Shown: positions 1 to 11,747 of the stretch, piece after piece
How the letters are laid out: each line of letters starts with the position of its first letter
Numbering within the stretch: the stretch's first letter is position 1
Assembly (NCBI GenBank): GCA_010015585.1
Contig: ML975156.1
Length of the DNA: 64,000 nucleotides
Strand: one strand, 5' to 3'
Source of the DNA: Eremomyces bilateralis CBS 781.70
Lineage: Eukaryota
The notes under the pieces: generated by a model
The model's database searches: none
The model's input: only the letters and a program-made list of their open reading frames with translations
Told to the model about the DNA's origin: nothing
Program-made: the position numbers and the translations under genes

Positions 1-853
1 CATCCGCATTCAGAACGAAGATACCTTCCTGCAGTTCATCACCTCCCAAGCCGCCGCGGTGGCAGAAGACTGCGGCCGCGTCACCGACGCCGTACTCCTC
101 TACCATCTCGCCGAAGACTACGACAGCGTCGTTTCCGTCCTGAACAAGACTCTATGCGAAGTCATCTCCACGGAGCTAGGCCAAGAGCGAATCCGACTGA
201 TCCCGCCGAAGCCGCGTGTCCAGACACCCGGCGAAGCGAAACCGGAGCTGCAGAGCTCATTAAGCCTGACGACGGTGGACGACCCGTCGATCCTGGCCGA
301 TAGTATCCGGCGGTTGTACATGAGCAGCCAGGAATTCTCCCGGCGGATCACGAAGTCCAACTGGGAGATACTGGGGCGGATGGTGATGCTTGCGAAGGCG
401 CGAGATCTAGTCAATCAGGGAAATTGGGATGGCGCTCTCATGGTAAGTTCCCCAGATCCTCTCTCGCAACCCGCGTTCTCGTGGAGGTGGAGATGTTATT
501 GACGCGCGACTAACTCACGATCCCAGGTCACTAAGCAGACTAATCTCCTCCCGCTCTCCGCGCAAGGCGACATCGCCGCCATCCGTACCGCTGCGAACAA
601 CTTCAATGCGTACCCCGAACTGTTGGCGCGCACCGTCGGCCCGCTGCTGCTCTACACCATCGTCGCGTGCGGGCAGGAGCGCAAGCGGCTGCGGGGGTCG
701 CCGTACTTCGACGCGACAAAGGTGACGCGCGTGGAGGAGTTGGGGCAGGACGCGCGGGATCTAATGGTGTTTGCGGGGCTGGTGAGGTATCGGTTGGAGG
801 GCCGCGTGTTCGAGGCGTTGGCGAGGGCTGGGGGAGATGCGGAGGTGGCGTGA
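1..853 (+). CDS. NIC96: Nuclear pore protein Nic96/Nup93, 3' part (runs off the window start)
   Basis: Open frame to 442, intron 443-526 (GTAAGT...CTAAC...CAG), last exon 527-853 ending DARDLMVFAGLVRYRLEGRVFEALAR, which resembles the fungal Nic96 C-terminus. Confidence 0.85.
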
Positions 854-1336
854 TTGGGAGTTGGGGGGTTGGGGGAAACGCAGGGTTTCTCTCGATATGG
901 CTAGGGAATGGGAATAAAATCATGAGGATGTTGATATACCCTTGTTAGATATGGAGGTAGAGATGAGCCAACAGGACCAAATGCAGACCCCGGTTGCCAT
1001 CCGTCAACTTGGTGCTCCACCGTATATCTCGTTGAGTTTCTTGGTCTATCCTGACGGAGCAGGATTAGCAGGTGTCGACACTATGAAGTATGACGATTTT
1101 AATGTCACGTCCTTCGATACATAACAACACTTTATACATGATTGGATAGACTGCAGTTCAGTAGTATCAGGATATCTTGGACAGAGTGAGATACTCTGGG
1201 CGATCTGATGATGCTTTCCATGGCGCGTCTACCCCACCAACTCCTTCATAATCCAGCCCAAAAAATCTCTATTCCCCGCAACAATAGCCACCGTCAAAAA
1301 AGCTACAAAAGCAGAGGCTGCAAAAGCAAAAAGAAA

Positions 1337-1421
1337 TGATTTCGGCCGGGCTCGATCCGGCGACCTTGAGTGTGCTAACAGGATGTTAGACTCACGTGAT
1401 AACCAACTACACCACGAAACC
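1337..1421 (-). tRNA. tRNA-Val(AAC) with an 11-nt intron (1373-1383)
   Basis: Reverse complement GGTTTCG-TG-GTGTAGTTGGTTATCAC-G-TGAGT-CTAACA[TCCTGTTAGCA]C-ACTCA-AGGTC-GCCGG-ATCGAGC-CCGGC-CGAAATC-A folds as a cloverleaf. The intron is at the canonical 37/38 site and an oligo-T terminator follows. Confidence 0.93.
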
Positions 1422-2362
1422 AATTGATGGAATGAATTTCCGGTCTTTTTACCAGGTGCACAAATCTTTTCAGACTTTCGTAAACCTAAAATTTCCCCTC
1501 TTAGATCGTTGCTGGGCAATTGGAGAGCGAGCATAATATCTCATACCCTGTGGGGGCGTATATTCTTCACGAACGGAATTATATCGGATGTCCTAGATGG
1601 TTGAGGCCGAAAAGGTCTTCGCAGTGCAAGAAAGATCCTTGCAGGGAGGCCTCCCCCTTATGGTAGAGGCTTAGAGCCTTTAACACATGAATTGTGAACT
1701 GCCCATTGAAGCAACTGTAAACATTTATTGGCAAATTGTACTCCGTACCTGTATAGTTTATTGTCCATATGAAAGTCATGAGATTTTAGCTAAATGCAAC
1801 TAATCAAGGGACGGTCTCGACTGAAGCTGACCAATGGAAGCAAAAGAGCATACGGTCAATATTCGCATCAGTCTCAGTGATTGAATATATCTACCAGGTG
1901 CTCCACCGCTGAAACTTCCGTGTTCTATCATATCACCCCTAAAGGTTTCACCACCATTACAATCCATCGGTGGAGAGGATGGGGTTCATGACTCTGGTGG
2001 TGTGGAAAGATGAGCTCGGGAGTATCGAGGTGTCGAGGTAGAAGATTGACGAGGGATGAAGGCGATCAAGGAGAGAGCATGGAGAAAGCAAGCCTAAACG
2101 CGCCCTGAACATCGCAAGAGGCCCGACATATCGCTATTCATTACATATACCTATTTTACAGTGGCCGTCGAGGCCTATTTTTCCTGACCATATGCACCTG
2201 ATGGGGAGAAAGATCAACCTTCACCAACAGCCGTATGTAACTCCCAAAAAGGACCCCGGCAGTCCTAGACAAATTAAGGATTAGCTGCCCTCCGTCCATC
2301 TAGTGTACCCCGTGTTGCGATGCATGGTTTTGGTGGCGGATAGCGGTAACGAGAGTCGTGGC

Positions 2363-4092
2363 TTAGCCTGAATACGCGGTCTCCACGAGATAGATCAGAC
2401 CGAATACGATGAACGCCGTAGCCCCTCCAAGAGTAACTATCGGAGTGTTAGTGAATGGTTCCCAGTCAAGGACCAGGCATACGTACCAACTCTCATGCTA
2501 ACCTTCCCCGCGATCGCCCGTCCTCCAATAACAGCCGCAGCGGTACAAGCCGCATGGCCAATGATCGCACCGCCCGTGACCCACCAATAATCCTGCCCAG
2601 CCGCCATGGCAATTGTAGCAATCTGCGACCGATCGCCCCACTCGCCAAGGAAGGTCATGATGAACGTCTGCACCCAGGCAGGGGACAGAAGCAACCCTAG
2701 CAGATTGTTCAGGCCGCTGAAGGCGGACACGACGGACCCGCGGAGACCGCGGGGGCTGGGCGAAGGGGAGCGAGAGGGGGAGGAGGAGGGCGATCGAGGA
2801 TGGGTGGGGAGGCGGATCGATTCGCTTCGTCGGCCTCGACCGGATTCCAGCGCATATGGTGAAATTTCCGAAGGCCGGCGGGTGCTCCGCCTGGCGAGGT
2901 GCTCTTTCTCCTCAAGTTCCATTTCCACCTCTTTCATCTCTTCGCCGACGCCCTCGTCGGGGGACATGGCGAGACCTTCGCGGAGGAGACGCACGCCGAA
3001 GACGAGGAACAGAATGGTAGCGAGGAGGGACGTTAGCCGTTTGGATAGGAGGGTGGGCACGGCATGGCCCAGCACGGCGGAGAGGATAGTCATTGCGGTG
3101 AGCGCCGAGAGGGCGGCGGAGAAGACGACCATGCGCGGATGGCGCATGGCCATTAAGGCGGCGACCAGGAAGGTCTTGTCCCCGATTTCGGAGAAGATGA
3201 TCATGGTGAGGGAGAGGATGAAGGAGTGGAGAGGTTGGATTATGCCCTCGTCGTCGTCGCCGGATGCGGCTGTCGGAGGCCGGAACGGTTTCGTGGTGGC
3301 TGGCTTGGTGTCGGAGTTGATGGCATTGTCACTCTTCGGTAATGTTGGAGGGTCGGGGTGGGGGATATCGTGGGGCTTATCTGGGAGATCGGCTGGCTTC
3401 TAGATGTGGATAACTGATTAGCATTCTATCACACGATTCAATGGCGTTCCTTGTGGTCCGTAGATGATACACACCTCCAGTCCAGTGGCGCCCTTGGGTT
3501 TCTCCTTGGGCTTCTCCTTGTCCTCGGAAAGTTTGACCGTCGTCTCCTTTCCAATCACCTCCTCTTCGTGCACCGGTAGCGGTGGTGCTTCCTTGGGAGG
3601 ATCTGGCTTCCTCCCCGACCTCTCCCCCGATTTGTCCTCTTTCTCTTTTCGCTCCTTGTCCTTCTTCGAGACCCCTCCTTCGGTGCCAGTTGGGCCCTCT
3701 GGACTCGGATCCCGATGAAACATCACCCCATCATTCTCCGGCCCAAGCTTCCACGTTTCTTCGGCCAGTTTCTGGTTGACGCTTTCGGGTGCTGATGCTG
3801 GCTTTGGTCCTATGTCTTCCACCCCCGGTTTTGGCTTCTTTTGCTTGTCGATGTAGGGCCCTGCATGTGGCTTCCCATCTAACCCGTCGACAGGCGCATC
3901 CTTTGTGCCAACGTCCGGCTTGGACGGTGAAATGGTTGCTTGGACATTCAGCACAGCGTTTGCGTCTATTCCATTTCCCGCTTCTCTAGGGACCAGGGCG
4001 GTAGAATCGGGTTCGGGGGTATCGAGCGCGAAGGAAAGTTGAGCTAGGGGTAAGAAAAGGACAAGCTGTAGGTGCGATCTTCGTAACTTCAT
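2363..4092 (-). CDS. GDT1: GDT1/UPF0016 family Golgi Ca2+/Mn2+ transporter
   Basis: Exons 4092-3475, 3399-2487, 2436-2363. N-terminal signal peptide and two E-x-G-D-(K/R)-(T/S) motifs (SEIGDKT, GEWGDRSQ). Confidence 0.93.
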
Positions 4093-4563
4093 TCTTGCAG
4101 CTGATGAAGGGTATGATTTCGTCCTTGTCGGTACTCCTTCAAGGTACTTTTAAATGAAAAATCCCTCGAGGCCACCGATGTTTCCAATTCGAAGAGTGGC
4201 AAGTGGTGGAGGGTGGGATCAGGGACCACGGCCTAAGTGGTTCGGGATGGGCGGAACCGAACTAAGGGAGTCTCGGAGGGTAGAAGGCAGGTAAATATTA
4301 GGGAGCCAGGTAGAAAGGAGCGACCAAACGAATTAGATGGGATAGGGAGGTGGAAGTAGAAAAGTCGTGCAACGGGACGCGACAAGGAGTCAAATCCGGG
4401 GTTAACAGAATATGTTACGTACAGTCGGTCACTTACACATGAAAGGTGAAGCCCATGGGCCATGGCTGAGTTTCTGGGCTTCTGGCTGAATTCTGGCTGT
4501 TCTGGAGCGAGGGACACGAAATACACGTGATACTAAATACACGTGACATAATTTCATGCAGAT

Positions 4564-4684
4564 GGGTTGAAGCTCCTTTCACACCCCGCTGTGCTCCTTT
4601 CACATCCCGCTCAGTGAATGGAGTGGGGTGGCACCGTGGCAGGTGTGAATGGAGCACAGCGGGGTGTGAAAGGAGCTTCACCCC
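4564..4684. mobile_element. MITE (non-autonomous DNA transposon) with ~41-bp TIRs and an 8-9-bp TSD
   Basis: Left arm GGGTTGAAGCTCCTTTCACACCCCGCTGTGCTCCTTTCACA matches the reverse complement of the right arm with 2 mismatches. CATGCAGAT occurs at 4555-4563 and at 4684-4692. Confidence 0.85.
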
Positions 4685-5114
4685 ATGCAGATATTTAATC
4701 ACGTGATAGATCAGTCCTCTTTTGTTTGGTGTGTGGTGTAGGCGTAGGGTTCGTGTTATGGTTTGTAGGGTTGTAGGGATCCCCATTCAGTTTAGTGAGT
4801 TGCCTCAATTCCTGATCCAACTGTGATGGTTGGGGGCGCAATATGGATGGCTGCTGCCCACCCGCCCAATTGAGTACCCTCCTGGCCACAGTCATTCCAC
4901 ATTGTTGCCATCGGATTTTCAGCCTTCACCGCCATAATTTCGTCTTCCTACATTCATCTTCCTGCATTCATCTCCATCACTTTCCTCTTCTGTACTAAAC
5001 CATAAATTCCGCCAAGCGGCACATTGTCTCGTCGTCTCATGATCAAAGCCCCAATATCAATCCTCTCCAGTTTCGATTCCACGTCGTCCATCACAAAACG
5101 TCGCGCAATCAATC

Positions 5115-7996
5115 ATGGCGAGAAATCGTCGAGCAACACCACAGGCGGTAACAAGACGATCGGTGGCTCCAGCTCAAGGCGAAGGACGTATTACCCGACA
5201 ACGTGCACGCGAACAGAGTGTTGAAAGCCGGGTCAGCGACGCGCCAAACCATCAACTAAAGGGTGTCCAGTCTCCCAAAAAACGTAAGTTGCATCTCATC
5301 TCACTCACAACGATATTCCCGTGGTCTTCAGTGGCGCGTCACTTTGTCCAACAACGCGTCTATCAAAAATGGTTGTTAATTCATCATTGCCGTTCGGGTA
5401 CATATCTTTAAAAGTTTCATATTCTAATACATACGGCCACATCAACCTGAATATAGGGCATCCCGTCCGCTCTGCCGTACTCAAGCAGGTTAGAGATGGA
5501 ATAGTACTACGGTGGGTGACCACGTGGGAACTCCCATTGCTGTATGTTTTTGTTTTTGGATCCCTTCGCTATTTTTTGATGGTTGTAAGAACATCATATC
5601 CAATTAACTTTTTCCACGGCAATTATATTGGAAGGGTGGTTTTTATTTTTGCGACTCGGGAACATTCACAAGATACATTCACATGATAATGTATTGCTAA
5701 CCATCATCTACTAGGTCTATCCATGGTCCAAGAGACTATCGACAACGAAGATGGGGAACCCGAGGTCATGGACGAGGTGGACGAGGTGGACGAGGAAGAT
5801 CTAGACCACTCTCAAGCCATTTCCGGTACAACCGCCAACTCTGCATCGGAGCTGGATCCTCTCCTAATGCGATTGAGTATCGCTGGGGCTTTCGCGGACG
5901 CGAACGTCACTTTGAAATACATATCTCGTCAAGGTGAAAGTTCGGAAGCTCTGGTCAGGTTTCATACGCAACTTGGCCCGGAGGGCTCTGGCAAACTCAG
6001 CAGAGTATTCCCAGCCCTATCCCACGAACTTGGACGGCGCGTTGAGATCTTTACATCTGCGGGGTTCATTGATCCAAAAGCTGTCATCGAGCAGATGCTC
6101 GAGGGCAAGCACATTGATTCTCTGGAAGCCAAGTACCGCCTTGAAGATGTTCTTCTAAAAATCAACCTTGCCCACTTTGCTCATGCGATGGTGGAAGCCT
6201 CAGGACCAGGACATTTGCAGGTTATTCTCCATAACATCGTCAGGTCTTTCCCTCTACCATTTGCTACGGGATTCGAAGAGGGCTCTGTCCAGCCAGGGGC
6301 AACGACGCTTATAGACTGTATGATGACGCTTGTCTTGGACATTAAGACGCAAATCGTCTTAGCCATCCTTGCCGAGACTAGCATTGACCCAGAGGGGATA
6401 ATAGGACCACAATTCTTCGAAGCTCCAAGCGCCGAAACCCAGGACTGGGACATCGACTACCTGCTCGTGGATGGCAGGATCAAAAAAGTCTGCGACCAAA
6501 TCGACCGAGATCGCAGCCTGAGGACGAAATACGTGAACCTTACCCGTGAGAGGCTTAAGGCCATACGGGAGCAGCTCGATCCCGAAGAAGATGAGGACTG
6601 CGAGAACTTGCAGGACGCATTTCCTTGGAAGGATTTTGTTGCCAACGCTCTTCGATTCGTCCAATTGCGCGATGCGGAGCTCACTAAGAGAATCAAGGCC
6701 CAAGGTGGTGCGGATCGGATCATCGAGGGGTTCAAGAACCAAGTTGACCCACCCAAGGACGAGGAAGATGAGGAGGACGAGGAGGATGTCGAAGAATTAC
6801 AGGACCAAGTTGGAGAGGAACCGCCGCGGGTCATCTTCCAAGAACAGTCAGACGAAGACCGTCTTTCTACCCGCGATCGGTCGGAGAGCCTTCCGCAGCT
6901 AGATACGGTCTTGCAAAAGGGATCCCGGCATCCACCGCCTCCATCCGCTGAACCGGAAGTGCGAGTAGATGCGATGGAGGTGGAGGAGCCTGTCCCTCAG
7001 GTAAGAACTACAGCTATCAAGACCTCTCCAGTACGAAGGCTTCATGCCACCGCCTCACCTGCCCGGAGCCTTCAACCGACCGCTTCTCCGCCAAGTGGCC
7101 AGGCTACCTCCGCCTCCCTAGCAAGGAACCAACAAGATGTTCGCTCCCCAGTAAGGAGCATCTCCGCCACTGACTTCGCTATGCGCGTCGCCCGAGCGAG
7201 CACCCAACCCAGCCACCCACCGGAGAGTGAGAAGGAGAACCAACGTCGCAAATTCATTGATCGCCAACCGGGCGCCTCCCGTGTTCAGTTCGATGCTACG
7301 CAGGACGTGCTGACCGAAGGAGCCGGCCCTGTTCAACATGGACCATCCACCACCGCCCTCGGTAAGCGTCGCCGTGAGGACGGACAGGGCGATGATGATG
7401 ATGGCGACTATGAAGAGGAGGACGATGAGGATGAATACCAGGAGGACACCCGCAATTCGTCGCCGGCCCGCCGACGCAGGTTGCCTGGCATTGATGGCTA
7501 CCGAGTACCCTCGTCCACCGCCCCAGCTTCGTCGGGACTCGAAAGTTCGTGGCGTTCGCCTGGTTCGGATGGCGAACGGGTCATGGCTCACGGAACGGCG
7601 GGACGGCGTACGGGATCCATTGTAGTCCAGGGGGGTCGAAGGCTGGCGCAGAGGACAGTCAGGAAGCAGTCGAAGCGATGGACGGTTGTGGAAATGGATC
7701 AGCTGAAGCGGCTGATGGCAAGACACAAGGGTGCATGGAGGATGATGAAGCGGGAAGATGAGGACACCGACAACATCCTCGAAGATCGGGACGATGGAGC
7801 GCTGAAGGACAAGGCGAGGATTATGAGGTATCACATGGAGCGGTGAGTTATTAGCCTACATTTCGAGGTGCCCCGGGGACTAATTGAGAGGAATAGGACG
7901 CAGGAGAGATGCGCACCGGGATTTGTCCACGCCCCGCTGAGGACGGAACATAGAAGAATATTGGAGAGAGATTTCCCTGACAGGACATTCCTCTAA
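5115..7996 (+). CDS. Telobox/Myb-domain protein (TRF/Taz1/Tbf1-like putative telomere-repeat-binding factor)
   Basis: Exons 5115-5283, 5715-7842, 7897-7996 splice in frame. C-terminal single Myb repeat WTVVEMDQLKRLM...GAW...LEDRDDGALKDKARIMR with a telobox-like LKDKAR. Helical N-terminal region and acidic/disordered middle. Confidence 0.7.
5429..5547 (+). rRNA. 5S rRNA gene (divergent type) nested in intron 1 of the telobox gene
   Basis: 119 nt ACATACGGCCAC...GGGCATCCCGTCCGCTCTGCCGTACTCAAGC...TAGTACTACGGTGGGTGACCACGTGGGAACTCCCATTGCTGTATGT. Terminal helix ACATACGGC/GCTGTATGT, conserved loop-C CCCGTCCG and GGTGGGTGACCAC motifs, and a T-run Pol III terminator. Confidence 0.93.
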
Positions 7997-8616
7997 TATA
8001 TAAAGGACTGGACAGAAGACTAACCGGGAGATGATTGCTGTGTCTTGGGCGTCGTTTTTTAGTGCGCAGTTCTACGCTGGAATTTATAGCGGCCCTCACT
8101 CTCGCCTTGTTAATGGCGTCGGTTCCTGATGTGGTTCACGAGGAATCTCGTTTCTACTGGGGGGAGTTTGCGGCATTTGGCGCCTCTCGAAAACTCGGGG
8201 TTGCTCTCAGTTTCTTTCGTCAAACAGGATGCCAAGGGGGAGGCAAGCCGTTCATTTATATCTTACTGTTATCGTCGCCGATCCGGTGACGTGTATTCTT
8301 TCATGGCGTAAGGAATGGTTTCCAGTTACCATGGTGGTTTCTTCTCGCCGAGAATCCCTCATTCAATATCCAGTCCTGTGCCAGCTTCGGGATGGAATCG
8401 AACTGTTTCTCAAAGTCCATTCTTCCGATCGTCCTTTTCACAAGTCACAAGTGATCAAAAAGAGTGAATCATTATGAAAGCTCAAAAGCGTAATCAGAAT
8501 GCGAGCTCTACGTTGCAACAGCAGTAACTACATGTATACACTCAGATTCGATCCCCTCGCTCCGGCCTTTTTCTTTCGCTCACCAGCATAGTTCTCCCTA
8601 TCCTACCATTCTTTCA

Positions 8617-9260
8617 TTACGATGGCTTATTGATGGGGTCCTGATACGCCCTTGTCTCTTGATTCTCCCTCATGCTCTCCCTCCGGATCGTCGGCTGTTC
8701 CGACTGGATCGTCTCGACGATCTTAGCCGTCTCGACCGCGTCCTCGCCCTTGTTGCTCGTGTCCGGGTTCCGCGACAGAAGGGGGATGGTTTGGTCCGCC
8801 ACGCCGTTGCTGGGTCCCTTTTGCCCGCTCATGGGGTCGCCGGAACCCTGATGCGGTAGCTGATGAGCGCGTGTCAGTAGGGTTGATAGTGATCAAGGCC
8901 GGGACGAAAACAAGAATCGAGGAAGCTCAGAGGGAATAGTCAGAAGGAAATTCGTACAAGAGGGGCCTGTTCCTTGGCTGCGGTGCGGCTGGCGTTGCTC
9001 CATAGGTAATAGCCGAGAGGTACGCAAAAGAGTACGGCTCCGATGATACTGGAAAAGGGTTGTGTCAGTAGCTTGACTTTATCGATGCCGCTTGATTGAA
9101 AGGTTAGTGGAACATACTAAGGTGCGGGTCCGCCTTGTTTTTTCCCTTTGATGCGTTCCGAGGCATCGGCATATGTGCGTCGTGCTGAGATTGGGAGTCT
9201 GAGAGGTGAGGAGTGGATGGCGGATCGTTGAAGAACAATGGTGGATCGTGAGGAGATCAT
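8617..9260 (-). CDS. Small hypothetical single-pass protein with a mitochondrial-type presequence
   Basis: Exons 9260-9118, 9048-8958, 8859-8617 join in frame through canonical introns. R/S-rich N-terminus ending RRTYA, then a TM segment YIIGAVLFCVPLGYYLW. Confidence 0.7.
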
Positions 9261-10394
9261 GGTTGCGGTTCCTGGGGTTTGGAGATAGGAAGGTGGGGGA
9301 AATTGAGACCTTCCAAAATGGATGAGGTGATGATATATGGTCAATTGGACGTCGGACTCTCCAAGGGGATAAGTATCAGGTATGGTGTATACTGTCGAGC
9401 TTGTTCTTTTATGCGAATTTCAAGGAGCACGTTCCGAATGGTCAATTGTTCAATGGCAAGGTGAACAATTAAACTCTCAATTAACGAGGTGACAACGACG
9501 TCGATAATATTAATGGATCAGGCCCTGGAGAAAAGGAATTGCATCATACTGACTCGCGATCCTCAGTCTGCCTACCATTTACTCATGGCCCAAGAGAACG
9601 TTGGAAACTGTCGGGTCTTCCCATTCTTCCGTTTGAACGTTTCAACGAATTAGGTGGCATGGCCATTTCCTTGCATTGTTCATTGTCTCATGAAACATGA
9701 GGTTGACTTTAGAGGCTCTAAAGTTGGTTGGTCATGATTTCATCATTCCCATATGTATCGTGATGATTTCGGGTGGTGGATTCCCGATCTTGGGCCGAGT
9801 GATAGGGGTGTTCTGCAAGCCGAAGCCGAATGCAGGGTGGACGGGACAGTGGACCATACATAATTAGATGATGGAACAGCCTTACGAAATACGGTATACC
9901 CCGCCCATTGCAACTCCTAGTCTCCACTCCAGTGCAGTCGCTCATCGTTATTCCGGAGATGGAGAAGGGATACACAGACATACACTGGGTGCTGGGACAA
10001 GCCTCGCCCCGAAGCCGCAATTGGTTCCCACTGTCTGATTGGATAAAGATAAAATGGAACGAGAAATGAATAGGGAAACCTGTGAATGATAGACCGGTCA
10101 AACAACAGGAAAATAACTGATCATCTCGCGGGTGATTGGTTGTTTTCCTCGCACCTTACCTACTACGTATATCTCAAGTGTTTAATAATTACCTAGGTAT
10201 TACCTCCTACAATCCTTCCGACATGGTGGGTATTAGTAAACCCAATCGGGTGGCGAGGACTAGTCGAACGATCCCCTGCTCAGTCAGAGAGTCGGACGAC
10301 TAAGCGGCCGCAGCCGTTTCTAAATTCTAATATCCGGCAGGCTACAGGGGTTTCCGCCACTGTTTTCCTCCTCCATTATGCAATGACCAATGAT

Positions 10395-10426
10395 AAGACT
10401 ACAAGTCTACAAGTCTACAAGTCTAC
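10395..10426. repeat. Short tandem repeat (AAGTCTAC)x4, first copy with one mismatch
   Basis: aagactac aagtctac aagtctac aagtctac. Confidence 0.7.
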
Positions 10427-10778
10427 GTCAAGGGATACCAAGACTAGGCCACCACCAGGGCCTCAGAACTTCGCATCGGAAACCAGGTGCAAAATGCATC
10501 TAAAATAGAAGAAAATGGAACCCACCCAGAATGCTGTTCGTTTATCCATAGGCGGTGGACACACCTGACTTACGAATGTCCATGTATCTGCCTTTCCAGT
10601 CTTCTATAAATCCCTTTGATTCCCATCTTGAATTTTCCTCTTCACCCTCGCCATCCTCGAATCCAGTTCGAATCCAGGTCAATCAAGCTTTGCAGAGAGC
10701 ATCTTACCCCGCCTGTTCTCTGATATTGAATCAATCCCGTATCCAATATACCTCCCCTTCCAAACCACCCACACAGTC

Positions 10779-11045
10779 ATGGACCGCCTTCCAGTATCCA
10801 TGGCCAATACCATCGCGACCCTTATCACTGGCGTCGAGGGCTTCACCGTTGCCGCTGTTGCCCAAACACTTACCACCGTCGCCCAAACCATCGTCAACCC
10901 TACCACGCTTGTATTGGGTCAATGGAGACTCTACCTTGGACGGCTTGCTCGCGGTAAGATCTCGTGTGATACTTCCCAAACATGCCATGTCTAATAGTAT
11001 ATTATAACATCAGCATGGAACCCGCCCATAGAAATGCCCGCCTAA
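10779..11045 (+). CDS. Putative 68-aa microprotein, two exons
   Basis: ATG in ACAGTCATG context after a CT-rich leader, C-ending codon bias, intron 10954-11013 (GTAAGA...CTAAT...CAG). Product MDRLPVSMANTIATLITGVEGFTVAAVAQTLTTVAQTIVNPTTLVLGQWRLYLGRLARAWNPPIEMPA. Confidence 0.5.
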
Positions 11046-11747
11046 TCCCTCCTCGCCTCAAGGGGGCATACTTTTTGACTGGTTTGCGGGACAGCGTTTT
11101 GGGAAAAGGACGATGCGGCAAGCCGTGTTCGGGCCATGGAAAGGCTGGAAATAGGAAACACAGGACGTGTTGGAAGGGAAATATTAGGCGAATTTTTGGA
11201 TAAATAACTTTGTTTCGTACTGACTGCATCGAATAAATGCAAGAGCAGTTCGTGTTTTTTTTCGGGAAGTTTGTTAATCGTATAAAACTAAACGTAGGGA
11301 ACGCCAAGAGAATCACAGAAGGGGAGTACAGAAGGATGAATATGAAAAGAATATCTTGATATTCCTCTAATAATGTATCTAAGTCGGTGAACTCTATGTC
11401 AGTTTGACCTTGTGTGCGCCTGGAAACCTTTGTGTCTAAGCAGAGAAGATACAATGCCAATGTGGACGGACACTAGACACCAGTTACCCGCTTTTTGACA
11501 AAGAAATGACAGAGCACTGACTAGACGGAAATGAATCGCAAAGGGCCAAAATATATGAAAGTCAATGTAGGTTCCTTAAATGCCTTTCCGATGATGTCCT
11601 GAAATTGTCCGTCCTTGGAATAATGAGGAAACCAAATCCGTTGCGCCGTCTGTTGCTGATGATAAAATGGCTTATATCCTTCCTCAGATCGGAAGCGGGT
11701 TATATGGCCGTAGATTCGGAACTGAACGTAAGAAGTCGAGGGCTGAC

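Noticed and set aside
1590..1680. Small hairpin cluster (TGCAAG/CTTGCA, GGGAGGCCTCCC, AGGCT/AGCCT) as an snRNA
   Set aside because: No U1/U2/U4/U5/U6 signature or Sm site, and the stems are short enough to be chance.
2606..3403. Long antisense ORFs (also 28909-29907, 47618-48253, 50313-50948, 7118-7834)
   Set aside because: Shadow frames of GC-rich genes on the opposite strand, with no independent motifs.
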